A DNA stretch of 32,829 bases from the NCBI GenBank assembly GCA_017654855.1, contig CM030336.1, forward strand, positions 4,898,001 through 4,930,829, written 5' to 3'. Shown here piece by piece: positions 22,990 to 32,829 of this stretch (position 1 is its first letter; every line of letters begins with the position of its first letter). The notes beneath the pieces are model-generated. The model did no database searches. It was not told where the DNA came from and was given only the letters and a program-made list of their open reading frames with translations. The translations under genes and the position numbers were made by a program. The stretch is from Podospora anserina (Eukaryota).

Positions 22990-23507
22990 TAATTATCGGA
23001 ATTATTAATAATTATAGGCTCCTAACTTTCTTCCGCCGCTCCCTTATTTCCCTCGCTCTCTTCTTCGGCTTTAATACCGCTTTATTTAGCGGTATAAAAG
23101 CTATATTTATTACCGTGATCCCTCTACTTATAGTTACTATAAGCACTACCCTAGTACCTATCTGTCGTACGATAATCCTTAAACGGCTCTTTATTAGGCT
23201 TACTAATATAGGTAGTATAAAGAAAGGTAACTACTAAACTACGGCTCTGAATTAAAACTGTATTTAAGTAGCTCGGACGAGCTAATACCTTAGCCCCCTT
23301 TACTTTACCGGGGACGTATTCGATATCGGCCGATAGTAAAGCCGAAATTACTTATTATATTTCCTATATATTTATTAATTTAAGTATTATCGTACGGGAA
23401 AAATATATACTAATATTAATATAGAAGCTATTTATTAGGCTCTTAATATAAGGCTGGCTAGTATCGATAACCTTATACGAGCTACGGGTAGTAAAGATAA
23501 AAGTTAT
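22990..23507 (-). pseudogene. DUF3716-like Cys-rich (putative Zn-binding) protein gene, RIP-inactivated, probably one intron
   Basis: The - strand reads ISALLSADIEYVPGKVKGAKVLARPSYLNTVLIQSRS...YTTY...EPFKDYRTTDRY*GSAYSNYK*RDHGNKYSF. Reversing RIP gives RPSYLNAVLIQSRG..C..C..PF..CR...WGGACGNCKWRDHG..CS, which I recognise as DUF3716-like. The start is inferred (ATA from ATG at ~23507). Confidence 0.7.
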
Positions 23508-23839
23508 TTTAAATATTTATTTAAAAGTTAATTAATTTATATAATTAAAAGTTTATTAAAAAAGGGCTTTAATTAAAATTAAACCTATACCTTTAAAAAC
23601 TTTAAGACCGTATATACCGCTTAGTTATTATACTTTAAGATCTTTATATTACCTCTTAAGTAATAATATTAATAAACGATAAATTTATAAACCTTATATA
23701 AAAATTATATAATATTTTTTTACTATTATATAATATTCTATTGTACGATATTTATATTATTTTATTATATAATATTTATATTATTTTATTATACGATAGG
23801 CTTACTATATAACCGTCCGGGAACTAAATATCTATATTT

Positions 23840-24830
23840 TTTAATTAAACTTTATTATACGGTACCTAAACGGTTTAATCGGAATAATAAAGTTATATTA
23901 TATAGTTAGCCTATTGAGGGATTTAAAAGAAAAGGCTTACTTTATAGACCTAGACCCCGGCAACCGCACGCTACTACCTTCCTACCGAGGTATACCTTGA
24001 CTATCGTACGGGACTAGCAACTATACGCCACTACCTTCCTGCCGAAATATGCCCTGACCATCGTACGGCACCCAGATACTTTAATCGGAATAATAATGCT
24101 TTATTATAAAGTTAGCCTATTAAGGGATTTAGAAGAAAAGGTCCGCTTTTAAAGACCCAGATCCGGCAACCGCACCCCACTACCTTCCTGCCCAGGCATG
24201 CCCTAACTATCGTACGGTACCCAGACGCCTTAATCGGAATAACAAGGCTCTGTTACACAGCTAGGCAGTTAAGGTAATTAGAAGAAATAGTCCCAGATCC
24301 TCGCAGCCGCACGCTACTGCCTTCGCGCCCAGGCGAGCCTTGCCTACCGTACGGGACCTAGACGCCTGGATCGGAATAATAAAGCTCTGTTACACAGCTG
24401 GGCAATCGAGGTAATTGGAAGAAATGGTCCTAGATCCTCGCAGCCGCACGCTACTGCCTTCGTGCCTAGGCGAGCCCTAACTACCGTACGGGACGCAGAT
24501 CCTCGCAGCCGCACGCCACTGCCTTCGCGCCTAGGCGAGCCTTACCTACCGTACGGGACCCAGACGCCTGGATCGGAATCATAAGGCTCTATTGTATAGC
24601 TGGCCTGTCGAGGGATTTAGAAGAAAAGGCCTGCTTTAAAGGAAAAGGTCTGCTTTTGTAGACCCAGACCCCGGCAACCGCACGCTACTGCCTTCCTGCC
24701 CAGGTACGCCCTGACTATCGTATGGGACTGGCAACCGCACCTTACTGCCTTCCTGCCCAGGTACGCCCTGACCATCGTACGGGACCCAGACCCCGGTAAC
24801 CGCACGCCACTACCCTTATCCACTTACACG
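23840..24830 (+). repeat. Composite GC-rich tandem repeat upstream of the helicase ORF (helicase-associated-repeat-like)
   Basis: Unit A (~50-65 bp, GCAACCGCACGCTACTGCCTTC...CGTACGGGA) alternates irregularly with unit B (~75-100 bp, CCCAGACGCCTGGATCGGAAT...GAAGAAA). Confidence 0.88.
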
Positions 24831-24947
24831 TAACCCACTCCACTTTTAATAGGGTATCCTTTTCTAAAAAAACTTACTAATAAACTTTAATTTAATAATA
24901 TCTCGTATTATATATAATTATTATATTATTATTAATACTATACTAGA

Positions 24948-27900
24948 ATAAACCCTTTTATTTATATCTCCCGCTTTTAAATTTTTATTTATAAAAAATA
25001 TAAAATAATTATTTTTATAAATAAAGTATTTACCTATCTTCGTACGTCCTATAAAAATATTATAATTATAAATAAATTAAATATTATATAAAAGTATAAT
25101 AATTTATTAACGGTCTTTCGAAAATAATAAAACCTAATAAACTTTATACTTCTTTTTATAATAATTAACTTAATTTTAGAACTAAAGAAGTTTTTTTTTA
25201 ATAAATTAAAGTACGATACCTATATTTATATTATACGGACTAAAAGAGCGATATAAAAGTATTATCGTACGAAGTATAATTAAATTAATTTTAATATAAA
25301 AGGGGGAAATATTAAAGTAACTTAATAATATTAAGAACTTTAAATAATTAAAATATATTATTAACGGTTTTTTAAAAGCCGGTTAATTACTAAATATTTT
25401 AAAGTACGATTAACGGAGCTAGTAATCGGGAGTCCTAACCTCGTATAATAAATCTAAAAATAAAAAAAATAGTTTATAGTATTTTATTATATAATTAATT
25501 TAACCCTTTAATAAATATTAATAACTATTATAGTAAGTAAGGGACAATTAACTTTAAATCCTTAATTAAATAAAATAAATTAAATATATTACTTTAGGTT
25601 TTTAAACCGGTAAACCGTATATCGTTCGACCTTTTTTAACTTAAACGAAGGATAGTTAAACAATAAAAATCTAATTACTTTTACGGTCCTTTATAAAATT
25701 TAAAAGAGGATTAATTAAATTATTATTAATATAATAATAAAGTTATTATTCGATAAAGTCGGTTACCCGGTTTTATTCGAGGTTAATAAAAAAATAATCG
25801 ACTAAAAACCTTTTAAACTTTTTAATAATAGTAGTTTAGTCCTTTATATAATATAAAAGTATTTTTTTATTTAGAAAAGGATTTTTGGGTATATTTATTA
25901 TATATAAAGTTAAGATTAATAGGATCGGTTATTATACGATTTAAACGTTAGTTAAATAAGAAGTTTAGAGACTATTATATAAGTAGTATAGGAGTTTTAT
26001 TACGATAATAATAAAGTTAAAAGAAAGTTATTAAATTAGGTATTTATCGATTTTTTTATTAGACTTTTAAATTATCCTTTCCTATAATCGTTATACAAAA
26101 GCGCCCTCCTTTTTACCCTAGCTACTATAGCCCTAAAGGATAATAGAAGGTAATATACCCCGTCCGACTTTATATTACTCCTCTTTACTATTATTACCCT
26201 CGGTAAAGCTTTTATCGTATAATATTTACTTTATAAGTTTACTTAACTAAAAGAGGTAAGTAAAAAGCTTAGTTTCTTTAATATCGTTTACTTTAAAGTT
26301 TCGAGGTTTATAATTAAAGTTTATTAAAGTAATTACCTTATATTAATAGACTAGATTTTAGAGGTTCGTACGTATAATATAATTATTAATAGCTTTATAA
26401 TATTTAAAAGTAGGCTTACGTTTAACGGTATTACTATTATATATTAAAATATTTTTATTATTATTAATGCCCTAGCTAAAATAATATATATTTTAATTAA
26501 TAAAATTAATTGTACGGTTTAGGACCTAACTTTCTTATTAATATCGGGTATTCCTATCCCGGAAATTCCTTAAAATAATTTAAAGGATAATATAAATTAA
26601 AATAAAATTAGGTATTTCTTTCTTTCCGATCTTAATAATATATATTTCCGGCGGTTTTAGAATTAAATTATATAACGAATTACCGAAAATCCTTTCCTTA
26701 CCTAACTTTAGTTAAAAGAATAGGGTAATAGTTATATTTATTATACGATCGAGGCTTAATCGTACTTAGACCGGGTAAATAGGTTCCGATTTTTCCTTTT
26801 TATCGTTGTTTATTTATTAATAAAGTTATTGCCTCGTACGATAAAGCTTTTAAGTATAAAGTTCTATAATATACTAGTTAGAGGGCTTAAAAATATATTT
26901 ATTTAATATAATATAATTATAATCGTACTATAGTATAATAAAGGATTAAATTATACCGGATAATTAAAAGTTATTTATCGCTATTTCCTAAAAGAGTTAA
27001 ATATAAGCGTTATACGATACCTTTAACTTATTTACCCCTTTTACTTTAGTTTATAATACTAATTTAACGGAGCCTCTACCCCTACCCTATTCTTTTAGGA
27101 TTTTAAATTTATACGGCTATTTAAAAATATTAAGTCTGGGGGTACCGGCTAAAGTATATCCTCCGGTAACCTAAAAAATTAATAATCGTTTAATAAAGTT
27201 AGCCGGGCCTTCGTATCGTATATAGAACGCTACCTCGGATCTAAAATTAGTATTCGGCTTTAACGTTATATTACTATAGGTATTACCCGCTAATTTTTTA
27301 TTTATTTTATTTTAAAGAGTTTATTAAAAAATAAAATAGTACCGTTATCCGATAATTATAATAGGTTTAATTTTAATTACGATAAGGATAACGAAAATAA
27401 AAGCTTTAATTCTATTATTACAGCCTAAACCGGTTACTCGGAAAGGATTACTAGAATAATATATATTAAGTATATTAATTAAGGAAGGTTAAAGTATACC
27501 GTATAATAATAGCGGTTTATAAAGCTTAATTAGTTATAATACTAGTTATTTACTTTCGGCTCGGACAATACTTTAACCCTCTAGTAAATTAAAATTAACC
27601 TTTTTTAGAACTAGCGTTATACCGTATAGTAGGGACGACTCCGGTATTTAGTTAGCCTTAATATTAAAGGTTATTTCCGTTAAATATTTAATAACCTTAA
27701 TATTGGTTTTAAGGGTAATTAGCGCGAAGTATTAACTTCTATTATATAAGGGTTTAGCCTAATCTTTTATATTACCGGGATAAATAATAAAAAAAATATT
27801 ATTTTTTTATTTTTAATTTATTATACGAAGGATAGGATTATTATTATTATTTTTCCTTTTATAATACTATAAAAGGATATAGCCCGGCGTTATAAAAAAT

Positions 27901-29654
27901 TAGGGATTAGTTATACGATTTAGAACTTTAAAAAGGTTTTAATTAATTAAATTATTTTTATAATCCCGGAGGCCTTTAATACTAAAATATTTAAAACCTT
28001 CATTAATAAGTTTAATATATAATAATAATTTAACCGGATTATTTTTAATAAATATTATACTATTTTAAACTCGTTGTATAAATTTCGACTACTCTTCCGG
28101 TAAATCGGCTAATATATAATTTTAATCGGGATATAATTACTTTTCCTAATAGCTACCCTCCTACCTCGGGACTTACTAGGGTTTTATAAAAGTTTATATC
28201 TTAATTCGTAAAAAATAACTATCGTACGGTTTATTATATCCCGGTCGAATATTAAATACTTTATAATTAAATATAGGGATTAAAAAGCCGTCCTCCAAGC
28301 CCTTTACTAATAAATTAATTCTATCGGTAACCGTAATTTTCGTATAAAGGTTATTATTTATTTCCCTTCGATCGATTTTACTAAAGCTATCTTATACCTA
28401 TTTAAATGTCCGGCATACTATAGTAGTATAGAAGAAAGTATCTAAAAAAGTAAGATCGTACGAAAGTAAATTAAAAGCGGTAATACTATTATAGTAACGT
28501 CTACCCTAAATACTAATATCGATATTCTAAACGTATAATATATTTTCTATACTAGGCTTTTAAAGATATTAAAGGACTTTATTTAAAAAAGCGGACGAGC
28601 CGGGAAAGACGGAGTAAAAGCCGAATCGGTAATTTTTTTTATAAAAAATCATATAACTAGAAAATTAATTACCGGAGCTATAAATTTAACGTTATTAAAA
28701 ATAAAGTATTTCGTACGGGATAGTAACTTATATTATAGGATTATTCTTTCCCGGGTAATAAACGGGCGGATAGATAGGGCCGGGTATAAGGAGGGCGAGG
28801 AGTTATATAGGTTATATAAAGAGCGGTTTTCTAGTATAGTTTATATAGAGTTATTCCGAATAGAGGAAAAGGCTTATAAATCTTATTATATAATAATCCC
28901 GAAAACTATAAATAAGTAAGCTTTCGATATAGTTATTAATAAAGAAAAGTAATATTAAATTATTATAAAAAAACGGAAAAGGAAAAAAGATATTATACGA
29001 GACGTAGAAGTTATAATTAAAGTATTTTTATAATTACGGGTAAACTATATAATTTACTTTTTAGAGTGTACCGAGTTTAAAGAGAAATATATACGACACG
29101 AATTTTAATAATCGACGGCTTACGGATTCCATAGTATTATATAAAATATTTTATAATTAATTAAACTTTTTAATAAATTAGAAAAACTATATATATTAAA
29201 GGGTTTACTTAAAGATAAACGGGTTTAAAAAAAAAGCGTAGAGTTAAGCGATTAGCTTTTAAGGGTTAGGGGTTTAAGTTTAAGTACCGTACGAAAGCTA
29301 AACGGAGATTTCTAAGGGTGTAATAAGTATGGGGTTCTAAAAAGGTTTTATAGGCGGTAAGAACCGTTAAGGGAAAACGAGGGTTCGTTTTATAAGTCTA
29401 GGAAAGATTATTTATATGGAATAAAATTAATAATGGGGTTAGTTGTAGTTAAAAAAAGGGGTTTGGGTTAGTTTAAAGAGGATATTAAAGTACTTTATTA
29501 GAAATACGGGGTTATATTAGATAACGAGATGGGGGTAGTACGTCGGTTATTCGTACGAGTAAAAGTATCGGATATTAAGTGTTCTATAATAGTATTAGTT
29601 TAGGTTAAAGTGTGGGAAGAAATTTGTACGAAATATTTAAAGTTAATAGAGTAA
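24948..29654 (+). pseudogene. Telomere-linked helicase (TLH)-like ORF relic, ~1570 codons: DUF3505/OrsD-like Zn domain, tyrosine-recombinase-like domain, RecQ-type SF2 helicase, Zn-binding RQC-like region
   Basis: All motifs are in one frame: IYKKYK..V.TYLRTSY (IC..C..HLR..H, ~24990), Y*RFF..YFKV (~25360), ITGINNKKN (Walker A, 27771), NRIIFNKYYT (DECH, 28032), FLIATLLP (~28143), VTSTLNTNIDILNV (~28494), FI*KSGRAGKDG (motif VI, 28578) and YYR.IL...NGR.DR..Y..GEELY..Y (CRR...C..C..C, ~28730). The stops I read are TAA/TAG, as expected from RIP. Confidence 0.88.
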
Positions 29655-29735
29655 TACTACGGTTTTTTTTTTAAAAAAAATATATATATATATATATTTT
29701 ATAAATAAAAGTAAAAATAAAGAAAAATATTATAT

Positions 29736-30075
29736 TATAATAGTAAAAAAATATATAAAATTAATTATAATATTATAAAGATATATATATAATAAGAGTT
29801 TGCTAGTAAGCTATACTATACGTAGGAAAAAGAAAAAAAAGATATTATAGGCTCATAAAGCTATATAATAAGTACCGGAACAGCCTGATTAGAGGGCTAG
29901 AATAGCCTATATACGTATAATATATAAAATATAAAAAAAAAAAAAGTCGATATCGTATTTAAAATAAAATATTAAAAATAAACTATTTATATATATAACC
30001 TATAAACCCCCGAATTCTTTAAAAAGTTTATATTATTATTTATACTTTTAAAAAATATAGCCGAACTTTATATAA
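29736..30075. mobile_element. Diverged solo LTR of the same Gypsy LTR group, same orientation as 6267-6630
   Basis: Collinear matches to the LTR: acgtagga.aaagaaaa, tataggctc, ataagtaccgga, gcctgattagagggc.agaat.gcct, aaaagtcgat, ataacc..taaaccc and tagccg. ATAT flanks it (29732-29735, ~30076-30079). Confidence 0.7.
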
Positions 30076-30419
30076 ATATATTTATAAAACTTTAAATGTA
30101 CTATTTTACGAAAAAAATAATAATGTTTTATAATAAAAAGAAATTAATAAATATAAAAGAGACTTTTTATTAATATTTTTAAATAGTATAAAAGAAATTA
30201 AATAATTAATAAAGAAAGAAAGAAAGAAGTAATTAAATAAGGGTATAATATATAGTAAAAAAAAAAGTATTAATTAAATAAATTTAAAATATAAAATTTA
30301 TTATTCTTTATAAATTAAATAAATAAAGTTAGATTGATATATATATATATATATAAATATTAATACTTAATATATATAAACGAAAAAAAACTATATATTA
30401 TAATATAAAAATTTAAAGA

Positions 30420-32829
30420 ATATATAATTATTATATATAAGTAGGAAAGTACCCGAACCGCTATATATATATATAAGGATATATAAAGACTAACTACTAT
30501 ATATTAGTAAGAGGGAATATGAATTACTATACGTATATATAAAACTATATAAAAGCTAATAACTATATATAAGTATAAATGTATTAAACCCGCTATATAT
30601 ACGTAAAAAAAAAGTATTAACCGCTATATATATAGTAAATAAGGTGCTAACCGCTATATAAATATAGAAAGGAATATTAACCGGTATATATATATGGAAA
30701 AAGTATTAAGCGCTATATATACGTAAGGAAAAGTATTAACCGCTATATATATAGTAATAAGAGTACTAACCGCTATATATATATAAAAAAGTATTAACCG
30801 CTATATATATATATAAGAATACGTTAAAACTAATTGTGATATAAATATAAGAAGGAATAGTAACCCGTATATATATGTGGAAAAAGAAGTACTAACCGAT
30901 ATATATATATAAAAAAAATACGTTAAAACTAACCGCTATATAGATATAAAGGGAATAGTAACCTGTATCTATATATAGAAAGAAGTGCTAACCGCTATAT
31001 AAATATAGAAAATAATAATAACCCGTATATATATATAGAAAAGAAATGCTAACCGCTATATATATATAAGGATACGTTAAAACTAACCGCTATAGAAATA
31101 TAAAAAGAATAGTAACCCGTATATATATATGGAAAAAGTATTAACCGCGATATATATAGATAAAGATACGTTAAAACTAACCGCTATAAAAATATAAAAG
31201 GAAAGAGTAACCCGTATATATATGTGAAAAGAAGTGCTAACCGCTATATATATATATAAAAATACGTTAAAACTAACCGCTATATAAATATAAAAGGAAT
31301 AGTAACCCGTATATATATGTGGAAAAGAAGCGCTAACCGCTATATATATATATAAAGATCTATTAAAACTTATTACTATAAATATATAGAAAAGAAATAC
31401 TAACCGCTATATAGATATAGTAAATAGTGTTAACCACTATAAATATATATAAAGATTTACCGCTTTATATATATAGCAAGGAATACTAACCGGTATATAT
31501 ATAAATAAAAAAAAGTATTAATTGTTATATATAAATAAAAAGACTATTAAGGGTAAAAAATATATATATATATATATTAATTAAAATTAACCGCTATATA
31601 AATATAGAAAGGAATATAAACTAGTATATATATATGGAAAAAGGGGCCAACCGCTATATATATATAAGGATACGTTAAAACTAACCGCTATAGAAATATA
31701 AAAAGGGATAGTAACCCGTATATATATATAGAAAAAAAGTATTAACCGCGATATATATATAAGGGGTAGGTTAAAACTAACCGCTATAGAAATATAGAAA
31801 GGAATAGTAACCCGTATATATATATAGAAAAAAGTGTTAACCGCGATATATATATAAGGGTAGGTTAAACTAACCGCTATAGAAATATAGAAAGGAATAG
31901 TAATCCGTATATATAAAAAGGAAAAAGTGTTAACCGCTATTATAAATATAGAAAGGAATATTAACTTATATATATATATAAAGAAAATGCTAACGGCTAT
32001 AAATATATAAAAAGAAATTTTAATTATTATAAATATATAGAAAGATCCGTTAAGATTAACCGCTATAAATATATGGAAAGAAGTACTAACCGCTATATAT
32101 ATATAGAAAGAAGTGCTGACCGCTATATATATATAGAAAAAATTGCTAACCGCTAAAAATATATATAAAGATACGTTAAAACTAAGCGCTATCTATATAG
32201 TAAAAAAAGTATTAAACCGCTATATATATATATATATATAAAAGTATATAAAAATCAACTGCTATATATATATCTAAAGATATATTAACCGATATATATA
32301 TATATAAAGAAATACTTACCGCTATATATAAAGAAAAAAAATATTAAATGTAATATATATATATATAATAAATAAAAACCAAGCGCTCGATATATAGTAT
32401 AAGAAATAGTAAATGCTATATTTATAGTAAAAAGTATGCTAACCGCTATATATATATAATAATATATTAAGACTAACCGCTATAAATATATTAAAAGAAT
32501 TATTAATAGTAAAAAGCATAATAACTGCTATATATATATAATAATATATTAAGACTAAGCGCTATAAATATATTAAAAAAAGTGCTAACAGCAAAAAGTA
32601 TACTAAACGCTATATATATATAATATTATGTTAAAACTAACCGCTATAAATATATTAAAAAAAGTACCGACAAAAAAAAGCATACCAACCGCTATATATA
32701 TATAATAATATATTAAGACTAACCGCTATAAATATATTAAAAAAAGTACCGACAGAAAAAAGCATAGCAACCGCTGTATATATATAATGATATGATAAGA
32801 CTAACCGCTATGATTATGTTAAAGGAAGT
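30420..32829 (+). repeat. Satellite of ~33-40-bp monomers with a TAACCGCTATA/TAACCCGTATA core, running off the window end
   Basis: Dozens of (C/T)TAACCGCTATA(TA)n units. A ~110-bp trimeric higher-order repeat spans ~30800-31950, and a ~103-bp variant follows from ~32400. Confidence 0.92.

Larger units (their letters stand above)
21109..29730 (+). mobile_element. TLH-type (YR-like + RecQ helicase) element, copy 2; right end not defined
   Basis: Same left terminus as 4133, and it interrupts Copia coding sequence. Contains the 202-bp array, the DUF3716-like gene, the GC-rich repeats and the long helicase ORF relic. Confidence 0.8.
4133..32829. other. RIP-mutated AT-rich block (likely heterochromatic and subtelomeric)
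   Basis: GC drops abruptly after ~4250. CpA/TpG are depleted and TpA is in excess. Paired repeats differ almost only by C>T/G>A. Confidence 0.92.

Noticed and set aside
23840-24830. CRISPR-like repeat/spacer appearance
   Set aside because: The 'spacers' are themselves repeats of one another, the context is eukaryotic, and there are no cas genes.
21109-29730. Helitron or Starship assignment
   Set aside because: The helicase is SF2 RecQ-type (DECH, QESGRAGRDG), not PIF1, and I saw no HUH Rep motifs. The YR-like domain is internal to a helicase fusion rather than a stand-alone first-gene DUF3435 captain.
30420-32829. Telomeric repeat tract
   Set aside because: There is no tandem TTAGGG/CCCTAA, only 5-6-bp sub-words within longer monomers.

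Overview
This is fungal (filamentous ascomycete) DNA spanning the edge of a gene-containing region and a RIP-mutated, AT-rich, probably subtelomeric repeat block. Bases 1-4130 hold two intron-containing genes: a divergent, apparently non-secreted RNase T1-like protein (172-676) and an intact MFS sugar porter (2193-3945). From 4133 the sequence is a nest of RIP-inactivated elements. The main one occurs twice in the same orientation with an identical left terminus (4133 and 21109). It comprises a terminal palindrome, a ~202-bp tandem array, a DUF3716-like Cys-rich gene (-), a GC-rich composite repeat, and a ~1570-codon relic ORF (+). That ORF reads as DUF3505/OrsD, then a tyrosine-recombinase-like R-K-R-H-Y domain, then a RecQ-type helicase, matching the telomere-linked helicase (TLH) class. 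Copy 1 is interrupted by a solo LTR, a full-length 11.9-kb Ty3/Gypsy element (364-bp LTRs, 4-bp TSD) and a Ty1/Copia element. Copy 2 in turn cuts off that Copia. The window ends in a TAACCG-core satellite, and no TTAGGG array is visible. The best lead is that the TLH unit looks like a YR+RecQ mobile element with a precise end. Protein motifs inside RIP-mutated DNA were reconstructed by eye by reversing C>T/G>A changes and need HMM or structure confirmation.
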